Below, in pieces: positions 27,706 through 38,031 of a stretch of DNA of 64,000 nucleotides. The DNA is from Candidatus Marinacidobacterales bacterium (GTDB taxonomy: Bacteria > Acidobacteriota > Vicinamibacteria > Marinacidobacterales > SMYC01), in assembly GCA_965250115.1 (NCBI GenBank), contig CBDFNJ010000002.1, forward strand, positions 3,662,966 through 3,726,965. The letters are read 5' to 3'. The notes below the pieces were generated by a model that was not told the DNA's origin, ran no database searches, and worked only from the letters and a program-made list of their open reading frames with translations. Within the stretch, counting starts at the first letter, position 1. Each line of letters begins with the position of its first letter. Position numbers and translations under genes: made by a program.

Positions 27706-29265
27706 TTATTGAAGCTGGAACGTCACGGTGAGCGTCGCTTCGACAGCGATCGGAACGCCGTCTTGCGTGGCCGGATCGAACTTCCATTGGCGGACGGCTT
27801 CGACCGCAGCCTCGTCCAAAAACCGAATGGAACGCACCACTACGATATCGGTGACGTCGCCCTCGGGGGTGATGGTGGCCCGAACGATGACGTCACCTTG
27901 TACCCCCATTCTTCGAGCGATGGCGGGGTACTCGGGAGGATCGTAGGTCACTCTGCGCGCCGGGGTAAGCACCGGTTCGGCTTGCTGATCCTCGGGGTCC
28001 GGTTCTTCGTCGCGTTCCGGAATCGGCATGGTCGGTGAGCTTACGACCTCGGGCTCAGGATTTTCCGTTGGCTCGACGTGGGTCTCGGAGACGTCCTCAA
28101 TGAAGCTCTCGGGATCGGGGTCGGGAGCCGTAACGGGCGGTGAAGGTGTCGGTGTCGGCAGCAATTCCTTCGGCGCGGGGGCGGCGGCCTTCTGCTGACG
28201 GGTAGCATCGTCGGGCGTCGTGACCGGAGGCAGCGTTCGGATGCTCGGCGTCGTAAGGGGTGGCGCCGGAAGCACGGGTAGCGTCGTAACCATCAGGCCC
28301 GCCGTGCACCAGGACACGCTGATAGCAGCCGCAGCCGATGCCGCGAAGAGGAACCACCGCCTCCGTACGTCCCGCTCTGACTTGACGCAGCCGCCACGCG
28401 CGTGTCGATCGGTTGCCGTCTGGAGCGAAGCCACGAAGGCGTCCACCGTGGTGGGGCGCACCGCGCGGACGCGAGCGAGCGCCTTCCGAAGCGGCTCGTG
28501 CCAACACCGATCCGGCACGAGGGAAAGAACACGCCGCTGAACTTCCGCCTCCGGAGCGACGTGGAGGTCGTGATTGAACGCGGGCTCGTCTTCCGTACGG
28601 AAGGGCGCCTTGCCGGTCAACATGGCGTAGGTGACCGCCCCGAGCGAAAATACGTCGGTGCGTGCGTCGAGAGCCTTATCGGGATGAAGCGCCCTCTGCT
28701 CGGGCGAAGCGAAACCGATCTTTCCGAACGTGAGACCGAGGGTGCTCGGCGCCGACGAAGCATAGCCGACAGTCTTGGCCACACCGAAATCCAGGACCTT
28801 GGCCTGACCGTCCGAGCAAATCATAATGTTGTCAGGTGACACGTCGCGATGCAGAATGCCCTGCTCGTGCGCGGCGGCGAGCCCGCTCGCGATCTGGCGG
28901 ACGACGTCGAGCGTTTCCTCCGGCGTAAAGAGCTTTCCCGAGAGGAGATGTTCCCGGATGGTTTCGCCCTCGACATACTCCCAGACGATATACTTCGTCC
29001 CGTCGTCGAGCATCGCGTAGTCGTAGAGCGCCACCACGTTCGCATGACGCAAACTCTCGACGAGACGCGCCTCGTTGTGGAAACGCTGCACGAACTCGTC
29101 GTCATCGGCAAGCTCGGTACGCATCAGCTTGATTGCACGCAGCGCGTCCAGACGCAGGTGGCGGGCTCGATAGACCGCGCCCATGCCTCCGCGACCGATG
29201 AGACCTTCGATCCGATACCTGCCATCGATGACGTCACCTTTGGCAAGAATCTTGCTCTCAGGCAT
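27706..29265 (-). CDS. Hanks-type Ser/Thr kinase - TM helix - Pro-rich linker - TonB C-terminal domain fusion
   Basis: Start MPESKILAKGDV (ATG 29265). Kinase motifs GRGGMGAVYRA, AIKLM, HRDVSPDN (catalytic-loop Lys replaced by Ser), DFGVA and GFASPEQ. TM segment WFLFAASAAAAISVSWCTAGLMV. Linker PVLPAPPLTTPSIRTLPPVTTP... The C-terminal 90 aa (TYDPPEYPAIARRMGVQGDVIVRATITPEGDVTDIVVVRS...AVRQWKFDPATQDGVPIAVEATLTVTFQL) match the TonB C-terminal fold. Confidence 0.85.
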   Translation of the reverse strand: MPESKILAKGDVIDGRYRIEGLIGRGGMGAVYRARHLRLDALRAIKLMRTELADDDEFVQRFHNEARLVESLRHANVVALYDYAMLDDGTKYIVWEYVEGETIREHLLSGKLFTPEETLDVVRQIASGLAAAHEQGILHRDVSPDNIMICSDGQAKVLDFGVAKTVGYASSAPSTLGLTFGKIGFASPEQRALHPDKALDARTDVFSLGAVTYAMLTGKAPFRTEDEPAFNHDLHVAPEAEVQRRVLSLVPDRCWHEPLRKALARVRAVRPTTVDAFVASLQTATDRHARGGCVKSERDVRRRWFLFAASAAAAISVSWCTAGLMVTTLPVLPAPPLTTPSIRTLPPVTTPDDATRQQKAAAPAPKELLPTPTPSPPVTAPDPDPESFIEDVSETHVEPTENPEPEVVSSPTMPIPERDEEPDPEDQQAEPVLTPARRVTYDPPEYPAIARRMGVQGDVIVRATITPEGDVTDIVVVRSIRFLDEAAVEAVRQWKFDPATQDGVPIAVEATLTVTFQLQ

Positions 29266-29334
29266 GGACGACGGAAGAATAGTTCTGTCGCTGAAAAGAG
29301 TCAAAGCGAACGGTGTGGTAATTAAGGCAGAGAC

Positions 29335-31457
29335 ATGAGGTATCGAAACACGGGAGCCATAACGCTCTGGGTGCTCGCAGCTTCGCTCGTGCACGCCCAG
29401 GAACAAGAGCGCAAACCCGAGGAACAGGAAGAAGAAAGACCCAGCTACCAGGAGGTTGTCGTCGTGAGCGTATCCCGACTAGAGGAGCAACTCGTCAACG
29501 CGCCCGCGTCGGTGAGCGTTGTTTCCTCCGAGGTCATCGAAGTGTCACCCGCGCAGAACTACGGCGATTTGCTTCGCACTGTGCCCGGGCTCAACGTCAT
29601 CCAGCTTTCCGCCCGCGATATCAACGTGGCGAGCCGCGCCCAAACCGGAACGATCGTGACCTCCCAACTCGCCCTCGTGGACGGCCGCACGGTGTATCAG
29701 GATTTTCTCGGCTTCGTCATGTGGGATCTCATCCCAATCCAGACTGCCGAGATCGACCAGATCGAAGTCATTCGCGGGCCCGTCTCCGCCGTTTGGGGCG
29801 CGAACGCGATGACCGGCGTCGTCAATATCATTACGAAAGCGCCGCGTGACATGCAGAGGACCACGTTGACCGTCGGCTATGGGGGATTCGATCGCGCGGT
29901 CGAAGGGCGGGAGGAGGATAGTGGGGCGCTTCTCTCCCTGGGCGCGACCCACGCCCATGCCGTCAACGATCGCCTGGCCTACAAGCTGTCCGCCGGCGTG
30001 CTCACACAGGATCCGTTTCCCCGGCCCGCCGGGATCGTTCCGAACCCAACTCAAACGCCCTATCCGGCGTTCACAAACCCGGGCAGCACGCAGCCAAAAT
30101 TTGACTTTCGCCTCGACTACGACATTCCGGCGCCATCCCAGGATCCGACTCTCGTGCGCAAGTGGGTCGTGGGAGCGGGCTAGCCCGCTCCCAGGGGATC
30201 ATCCACACCGGCATCGGCCCGTTCGAGGTGGACCCAGATACATCGCTTGGCTATGAACGGTTGAGCTATCGGCACGGGAGCCTCGAGCTCAAGTTCTTCA
30301 CGAACGCGATCTCAGGTGAAGAGCCCGCCCTTCTCACGAGAGGATCCGATGGCGAGCCCATCGTCTTCCGGCTTCAAAATCGCACCTACGACGTCGAGAT
30401 GACGGACTTTCGTGCGCGCGGAAACTCACATCTCATCTCCTACGGTGGCAACTTCCGGCACAACGACTTCGACCTGTCTCTCGCTCCGGCGGGGGACAGT
30501 CGAAACGAGGGGGGCTTCTATGTTCAGGACGAGATCTTCCTCTCCACCCATTTGCGTTGGATCGTGGGTGGACGGGTCGATCGTTTCGACCTCCTGGACG
30601 ACGTTGTTTTCTCGCCCCGTACCGCGCTCTTGCTGAAGCCAACGCAGGACCACACGTTTCGGGTCTCGTTCAACCGTGCGTTCCGCGCGCCCGCCTTCGT
30701 CAACAACTTCCTGGATATCCAGGTTTTGAGCGATATCGATCTGGGCGCCGGCACGCCTTTCGTCTTCCCCGTCAACGCTCGGGGAAGCACCAATCTCAAA
30801 GAGGAATCCTTGACGGCTTACGAGATCGGCTACACCGGCGGCGGCGGGCGCGGACTGGTGCTGAACGCCGCCTTCTTCCTGAACGATACCCGGAACATCA
30901 TTCTGTTCACGCAGACAGGAAGCTACGACAGCCAGAACCCGCCTCCCGGCTGGCCCCTTCCCCCCGGAGTACTGGACCGTCTGGTCGCCCAGGGTATGGG
31001 GCTTCCTTCCGAGCTCGCTTACCGGAACTTTGACCGGGTGCAGAACCGCGGCGTCGAGCTTTCGCTCGACGCGCGCCTCGACGCCCACTTCGGCGCCTTC
31101 GCCAACTATTCCTGGCAGGACGAGCCCGAGCCCTTCAGCTTCGACATCTCGGAGCTAAACCTCCCGTCGAGCTATCTCGCGAACGTCGGCTTCGACTTCA
31201 AAAGCGGCCGCTACTTCGGAACCCTATCCGCGAGCTTCGTCGCCGAAGCCTTCTGGCAAGACGTCCTCGACTCCCGCTTCCATGGGCCGACCGACGCTTA
31301 CACACTCGTGAACGGAACCTTCGGCATTCGCTGGGAAGACGGCAAGCTCACGACCGCAGTAAAGGTAACGAACCTCTTGAACGACGAGATCCAGCAGCAC
31401 GTGTTCGGCGACGTCATCAAACGGCAGATCGTAGGAGAGCTTCGGTTTCGTTTCTAG
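29335..31457 (+). pseudogene. TonB-dependent receptor, frameshifted (plug in 29335..30183, barrel in 30162..31457)
   Basis: Signal peptide, then TonB-box-like EVVVVSVS. Plug ...DGRTVYQDFLGFVMWDLIPI...IEVIRGPVSAVWGANAMTGVVNI. Barrel ending ...VGELRFRF. The two parts are in different frames with the shift at about 30160-30200 (DYDIPAPSQDPTLVRKW / GIIHTGIGPFEVD). Confidence 0.8.
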
Positions 31458-31705
31458 TAGCTGATAGGACTGATTGGTATTTGTATTCGGGGCTGGCGCG
31501 CTGCGCCTCGTTCCCGAAGGCCGTAGCTTCTTCCGCCACCGGCGCACGAAACCCAAAGGCAGAAGTTATCGACGTGGGGGAGCATCCCCTCAGCCCCGAC
31601 GATATCGACTTTGTTATAGACCCCCAACACATTGAAATAGCTTGGTTTGTACGCCGGCTTCGGAGTGCGGCCAATGGCACGCTGGTTGCTTTCGCTTGAT
31701 ACGAC

Positions 31706-32599
31706 ATGTTGAAGCTCCTTTTGATGGCACTCGTCGCGACGCCGCCGTCGGGCACCGACGTCGCCGAGACTCTGCTTCGTGCTACGGCCTACGATCGGAA
31801 TCTCGAAGCGAGAACTTCCAAGGGCTTCCGTCTGGGTGTCGCCTTCGTTCCCGACCTCGCCGAGTCGCGAACGGCGGCTAAGCAGTTTGCCGAGGCCGCG
31901 AACGCGCTCCAAGCCGCGGGCTCCCAGTTCGAACCGGTATGGGTTGAGCTCGTCGCCGTCGAGAGCGAGTCCCAGCTCTATAAATGGATGGAAGAGCACC
32001 ACGTCTCCGCGCTCTACGTACCCGCCGGTCTGGAAGAGATCGTCCCCTCGATCGTCAGCGCGTCGGAGGCGGCTGGGGTGTTTTCGATCGCCGGTTCGTC
32101 CGCCGACGTCGAGCGGGGTCTAGTCATCGGCCTCCGCGTCGGCGGCGGTTCTAAAAAACTCGTGGTGAACATGGCGGCGGCAGAACGCTCCGGTGTCGAC
32201 TTCGACGCGGTTGTGAGGCAAGTTGCGCTGCGGGTCGGTGGCGCTCCCGCCAAGAAAGACCGGAACGAATTGCGCGAAGCGCTGGTTCGCTATACCGAGG
32301 CAATCCAAAAGCGTGATCTCGACGCGCTCCGCGGCGTATGGCCAGCGCTCGAAGACGACGACGAAAAGCGCATCGTGGCCTCCTTCAAAATGACCCGCTC
32401 TCACAAAGTCTCGTTTGCCGTTCTTCGCATCGATCGTCAGGGAGAACAAGTTCGCGCACGCGTGCGGCGCGCGGACAGGCTCGTGACCCGTGAAGGGCAA
32501 ACGGTCACCGCGGGAACACTCGTGGATATCTCGTTCTCGAAGGCCAGCAACGGCGTTTGGCAGATCGAGTCGATGGCGAACGCCAACCCTCTCTCGTAG
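31706..32599 (+). CDS. YfiR-like DUF4154 periplasmic protein with C-terminal NTF2-like segment
   Basis: 297 aa. KLVVNMAAAERSGVDFDAVVRQVALRV resembles DUF4154/YfiR. The C-terminal ~90 aa (SFKMTRSH...VWQIESMANANPLS) look NTF2-like. The N-terminal signal peptide is weak. Confidence 0.6.
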   Translation: MLKLLLMALVATPPSGTDVAETLLRATAYDRNLEARTSKGFRLGVAFVPDLAESRTAAKQFAEAANALQAAGSQFEPVWVELVAVESESQLYKWMEEHHVSALYVPAGLEEIVPSIVSASEAAGVFSIAGSSADVERGLVIGLRVGGGSKKLVVNMAAAERSGVDFDAVVRQVALRVGGAPAKKDRNELREALVRYTEAIQKRDLDALRGVWPALEDDDEKRIVASFKMTRSHKVSFAVLRIDRQGEQVRARVRRADRLVTREGQTVTAGTLVDISFSKASNGVWQIESMANANPLS

Positions 32600-33032
32600 C
32601 GCTCTTAGACTTTCTGCCGTTTACGCTTCCCGCGACGGAACAAGATCACGCCAACCACGGCCGACTGCGACCGACAATGCGATGGCGACAAGGAATCCCG
32701 TGGCTCCGACGCCCAATGGCCCCGCCAAGACCAGCGGCAGCGGAATCTGGAAAAGCCAAAGGCGGTTTCATGGATTAGAAGGAGCGCCTAGCATCCCCGT
32801 CAACTTGCCGAAGGTCATTGCGCCGGCCGTTCCCGGTAAAAAGCTTCCAGAGTAAGGCCGGCCCCGCGATTAGGACTACACGCCAACGCGCGTCGATTGA
32901 AAGGACCTCTTTCGCCCTCTACAATGAGATATAGCTTCCCGACAACTGAAGAACAACCCTTGATGAGACCCTGACGGTTCGGGGGATGTCGCGAGTCCCC
33001 TCCCGTCACCGGCGCATCCAAAGGAGTGAAGA

Positions 33033-33886
33033 ATGGCTGCGAGCTCGCGTTGGCTGCTGCTTGCATTTTCCCTTACTTTGTCTGCCCGCGCCTCATCGTT
33101 CCAGTACCGGTACCCCGATTACATCGATGAAAAGTATCGTCCCGCCTACCACATGGTTCCGGGCGACAGAGAGCGCATTCGCTTCATCAACTCCGTACCC
33201 ATCACTAAGATCTCCCTCGAGCGGCCAGGCTGTTATAGCGGCTTGTGTGGGGTGTATAAAGTCACTTTCTACAAGCGCGGCGCGGCCATTTATGAAGGCA
33301 GGAGAAACGCCGAGCGGGTGGGCAAGTTCATCGGAAAGGTCAGCCTTCAAGATTACGGGAAGCTCTGTCACTTGCTCGAGAAGCTCGACTTCCAGAGCTT
33401 CAGGGATGCCTACGTCTCACCGGAGCTCCATGGCAAGACCGTCACCATCCGTGTGGAGCTAAAGGACTCTACGGAGAAAGTCATCCTCGACTATGGCCTT
33501 TGGGAGCCGGTCGAGCTCTGGACTCTCCAGAAAACGATCGATGCGCTGACACACGAAACCACGTGGAAAGACATGGACGAGTCCTCTTTGGTTGGCGCGC
33601 TGGAGTTCGGAGATGCGGACTGGGTCCGCGCCGCGATTGCGCATGGAGCAGACGTGAACATCGAGCTCGAGCACGGTCTCACTCCATTGATGTTCGCGGC
33701 ACTCGAGGGACAAGCCAGCGTCGTGCGAGTGCTGCTCGAATCGGGCGTCGACGTGAAGGCCACCATGGAGGGAGGCATCAATGCCTTGCTGGTGGCAGTC
33801 CAAGGCGGTGACGCCGAAACGGTAGGCCTCTTACTCGAGGCCGGTGCCAAGCCGCCGTCCAACCCAGAGTACGGTGTGATCTTTCT
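33033..33886 (+). pseudogene. secreted ankyrin-repeat protein, 5' part (gene split by ISL3 insertion)
   Basis: Signal peptide MAASSRWLLLAFSLTLSARA. About 190-aa N-terminal domain, then ankyrin repeats (HGADVNIELEHGLTPLMFAALEGQASVVRVLLESGVDV...). The reading frame runs into the IS inverted repeat at 33887. Confidence 0.8.
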
Positions 33887-35270
33887 GGGTCTACGCGGAT
33901 TCGTGTGGGTTGAAAACTGCATTTCTGGGTAATGGCGGAAGGAAAGCCGCCACGATCTTCAGCTTGAGATATTCCTCGTCGCGATAGCCGTAGGCGCGTC
34001 GTTGCAGAACACGGATTTTGTTGTTGACCCCTTCAACTAGGCCGAGACTGACTTTGTTCTCCGGATGACAGTAGGAGGCGATACCATCCCAATGGGACTC
34101 GATCATACCGGCGAACTTCTGGTACGGATGCAGGCGTTGCCATTTGAGGCTGTCTTTCCAACGAGTGAAAAAGGCGCGAGCGCCGCGTTCGGTGCGGTAA
34201 TCCCAGAGTTGCCCGAAGGCCTCCTTCAAAATAAAGGCGGTGTTCAGGCGCCGGTTGGCCTGGAGCAACTTTTTGAGTGCGCGGCGACCGTCTAGGCTCA
34301 GGTTCTCCCGCCGGGAAAGCAAAGTGTAACGCTGCCCCTTGATGTACGACCGGTCCTTGCCGCTGAGGCGTTTGTACTCACCGCGCCGGACCTCATCGAG
34401 GGCCTTTGACAGATGACGCATGATATGAAACTTGTCGAAGATGATCCGCGCATTAGGCGCGTTGTGAATCACCGAGTTCCGGAAGGGCTTCCACATATCC
34501 ATGGCGGCCAGCTTGATACGGGCGCTTTTCTTTCCGCCCAGCGCCTTGAAGAACAAATCGATGTCGGTTTCTTTGCGACCCTCACCGCCCACCCAGATGG
34601 GACGCGCCCGCTCCAGGTCGCTGACAATGACGCGATAGTTATGTCCCTTGCGGATGGAGATCTCATCGACACCGATGGCCCGAGGCGCCGGTAGCCCCGC
34701 CCGGTCGACCTGCTCTTGCATGTAGAGCGTATCCAGAGCCTTCACCGTACCGTGGTGCAGACGTTCCATCTCGGCCACCGCCTTGTTCGGCATATCCCTG
34801 CACAGCTTGCCCACATGCGTCGCAAAACGCTGGGTGTAGCGCGAGTTGTTCGCCAGCAAGTCTAGGTGTTCTACATGCACACCGCCGCACCCAGAACAGA
34901 TGACGCGCCAACGCTCGTATTCCAGATAGATCCGCCAGCCTGCCAACGACAGGTCGCGGACCCGGCACACTTGCTTGTCATAGCGCCCCCGGCACCGTTG
35001 CCCACAGTAAGAGCACACAGCTGTTTTTTTCGCCTCTTGAGCTGGATGACGCGGGCGTATCGGTCACCGAATAGACCCTTCAATCCGGCACCAACCACGA
35101 AACCTGGCAGCGCAAACAGCGAGCGGATCGACTGGGAATTTTTCACTCGGTTAGCCTATCCTGAAAATGGACCACTTTTCAGCACCTGATGAAGTACTCG
35201 ATACCTTTTCCACACAATGAGTTACACTGTTTTTCCGTCAGAACTTACCCACACGAATCCGCGTTAACCC
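33887..35270 (-). mobile_element. ISL3-family insertion sequence, copy A (1384 bp), flanked by 8-bp target duplication ATCTTTCT
   Basis: Terminal inverted repeats GGGTTAACGCGGATTCGTGTGGGTAAG / GGGTCTACGCGGATTCGTGTGGGTTGA. Identical 8 bp at 33879..33886 and 35271..35278. The ankyrin ORF resumes in frame after the duplication. Confidence 0.9.
33891..35146 (-). CDS. ISL3-family transposase (requires -1 frameshift at the T7/A7 run 35023..35029)
   Basis: N-terminal part MKNSQSIRSLFALPGFVVGAGLKGLFGDRYARVIQLKRRKK (GTG start). After a -1 slip at CGA_AAA_AAA_C it continues TAVCSYCGQRCRG...C.GCGGVHVEH (zf-ISL3) ... DEVRRGEYKRLSGKDRSYIKGQRYTLLSRRENLS (DDE_Tnp_ISL3). The 375-aa main ORF is intact in this copy. 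Confidence 0.8.
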
Positions 35271-36257
35271 ATCTTTCTTATGGGCGTGGCGATGAACGGT
35301 CTCGCGGACCTCGTGCCGATTCTGCTCGCGCAAGGTGCGGATGTGAACGCTACCGTCGAAGAGGAGATCTTCGGCTTCCGGCCCGGCCAGACCGCGCTCA
35401 TGCTGGCTGCCGAAGGGGGCTACGAAGAGACCGTGAGGACCTTGCTGCGGGCCGGTGCCGATAGCAGCGCCAGAGACCAGCGTGGAATCACCGCATTGCA
35501 GCTCGCCGCTGCTGGTGGTCACGTTGACGTGCTACGTCTTCTGTTGGGTGCCGGCGCCAACGTGAACGCCGCGACTAGGAAGGACGGCAAGACGGCGTTG
35601 ATGGGCGCTGCGGAGATGGGGCATCTTGACAGCCTTCGCCTCCTGCTCCAGGCCGGTGCCGAGGTGAACGCGAAAAGCGACAAAGACGAAACCGCCCTGA
35701 CCCTGGCAGCAGTGAATCGTCGTCCGGAGATGGTTGAGACGTTGCTGTCGGCGGGCGCCGAGGTGAATCCGCAAGCCAAGTTGACTCCCCTATTGGCGGC
35801 CGCCATGGGCGGGAACATTCGTATCGTCGAGGCCTTGCTCGAAAAAGGGGCCGAGGTCAATGGAAAAACGACCGATGAGGAGACTGCCCTGATGGCCGCG
35901 GCGGCGAACGATCACCTCGAGGTCCTCCACCTCCTGTTCAGCAAAGGGGCGAAGGTGAATGCGAGCGATCGGGACGGTCGCACCCCGCTCATACTGGCCG
36001 CTATGGGCCGCCGAGCCAAGACCACGCAAGCCTTGCTAGACCAAGGGGCGCAGGTGAATGCGAAAACCATAGGTGGGATGACCCCACTGATCTACGCTGC
36101 AGCGTTTGGTGCGACGGAGACGGTGGAAATTCTAATCAAAGCCGGCGGCGATGTGAACGCGAAAACCGAGGGCGGGGAGACGCCCCTCCGGAAGGCCACC
36201 CTGTCTGGTCACTCCGAGATCGCTGAGCTGCTCAAGAAAGCCGGCGCGAAAGAATAG
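35271..36257 (+). pseudogene. secreted ankyrin-repeat protein, 3' part (9-10 ankyrin repeats)
   Basis: Continues the frame of 33033..33886 after the target duplication (IFL-MGVAMNG...). Repeated G.TALM.AA..GH.E.V..LL.AGA.VNA units. Confidence 0.8.
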
Positions 36258-36840
36258 GGCTACGTCGACCTTGCGTTATGCCTTCACGGAGTGTCATCTA
36301 GAGCCGCAACTTAGCAGGTGGAAGCCACACCCGAGCTAATGTAGACTTCCCTCACCCTTTCTTTTTCGGGTCTACGCGGATTCGTGTGGGTAAGTCCTGA
36401 CGGAAAAACAGTGTAACTCATTGTGTGGAAAAGGTATCGAGTACTTCATCAGGTTCTGAAAAGTGGTCCATTTTTAGGATAGGCTAACCGAGTGAAAAAT
36501 TCCCAGTCGATCCGCTCGCTGTTTGCGCTGCCAGGTTTCGTGGTGTGCCGGATTGAAGGGTCTATTCGGTGACCGATACGCCCGCGTCATCCAGCTCAAG
36601 AGGCGAAAAAAACAGCTGTGTGCTCTTACTGTGGGCAACGGCGCCGGGGGCGCTATGACAAGCAAGTGTGCCGGGTCCGCGACCTGTCGTTGGCAGGCTG
36701 GCGGATCTATCTGGAATACGAGCGTTGGCGCGTCAACTGTCCCGGGTGCGGCGGTGTGCATGTAGAACACCTGGACTGGCTGGCGAACAACTCGCGCTAC
36801 ACCTAGCGTTTTGCGACGCATGTGACCCTGCCCGGGTTTT

Positions 36841-37179
36841 GTGGACATCAACCGAGGCGCGACAATGCGCCTGGAGGCGTCCATGGGAGAACGACGACGC
36901 AGGAAGTTCACGGGGGAGTTCAAGAAGGAAGCGGTCCGGCTGTTCAGGGAGGGCGAGCGCAGCATCGGCCAGGTCGCTAAGGAACTGGACCTGACGGAAT
37001 CGGCCCTTCGAAACTGGGTGAAACAATACAAAGTTGATCACGGTGAAGGTCCACGCAAGGCTCTGACGACGGCGGAACGTGATGAGCTCCGTTCGCTACG
37101 GCGTCGAGTGCGTACGTTGGAGCAAGAGCGAGAAATATTAAAAAAGGCGGCGGCCTTCTTCGCGAAGGAAAGCGAATGA
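36841..37179 (+). CDS. IS3-family transposase OrfA (HTH)
   Basis: RRRKFTGEFKKEAVRLFREGERSIGQVAKELDLTESALRNWVKQY...LRRRVRTLEQEREILKKAAAFFAKE is a classic IS3 OrfA. Confidence 0.85.
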   Translation: MDINRGATMRLEASMGERRRRKFTGEFKKEAVRLFREGERSIGQVAKELDLTESALRNWVKQYKVDHGEGPRKALTTAERDELRSLRRRVRTLEQEREILKKAAAFFAKESE

Positions 37180-38031
37180 GATTCAAGTTCATTCACGCGG
37201 AGCGGGCCAACTACCCGGTGCGGGTGATGTGCCGAGTCCTGAGGGTATCGACCAGCGGCTACTACGCTCAGATGAAGCGCGCGCCCAGCAGGCGACAGTG
37301 TGAGGATGGGAAGCTGAAGCTGCGCATCCAAGCGATCCACGCCCATAGCCGTGGTACCTACGGCAGGGAGCGTGTACGTCGCCAGCTTGACGGGGAGAAC
37401 GTCGAGGTGGGCAAGCAGCGAGTGGCACGGCTGATGCGTGAGATGGGCCTGCAGGGCCTGCCCAGCAAGCGTTTTCGCCGCACGACCGACAGCAAGCACG
37501 ATCGCCCTATCGCGCCCAACGTGCTCGGCTGGCACTTCGAAGCCGAACGAGCGAACCAGTTCTGGGTGACGGACATAACCTTCATCCGGACTTGGGAAGG
37601 CTGGCTCTACTTGGCGGTCATCCTCGATCTGTTCTCGCGTCGTGTCGTCGGCTGGGCGATGCAGTCCCACCTGCGCGCAGAGCTTGCTCTCGAGGCGCTT
37701 CACATGGCCTTGGGGCGCCGTCTGCCTGGAAGTGGCTTGGTGCATCATTCAGACCGTGGTACTCAATACGCGGCTGCGTCTTACCAGGCCGTGCTCGATG
37801 AGCCGCAAGGGTAATTGTTGGGACAACGCCGTGACCGAGAGCTTCTTCGGCACGCTCAAGACCGAGCTCCTCCACCGATGTAGTTGGCCAACACGACGTA
37901 TGGCCAAAGACGCCGTCGCGAGCTACATCGAGGGGTTCTACAATCCGTATCGACTCCACTCGTCACTCGATTACAACAGCCCAATGGTGTTCGAACGGAT
38001 TCATGACCTCAAAACGGCTCATGCGAGATAA
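37176..38031 (+). pseudogene. IS3-family transposase OrfB (integrase core), internally frameshifted
   Basis: Two overlapping track ORFs (37176..37814, 37642..38031) together cover the rve domain. The frame switch lies near 37790-37810. Confidence 0.75.

Noticed and set aside
32600-33032. 430-bp gap upstream of the ankyrin gene with a hydrophobic minus-strand reading (LWLFQIPLPLVLAGPLGVGATGFLVAIALSVAVGRGW)
   Set aside because: There is no in-frame start codon between the preceding stop and the hydrophobic segment. Likely non-coding or a decayed small membrane gene.
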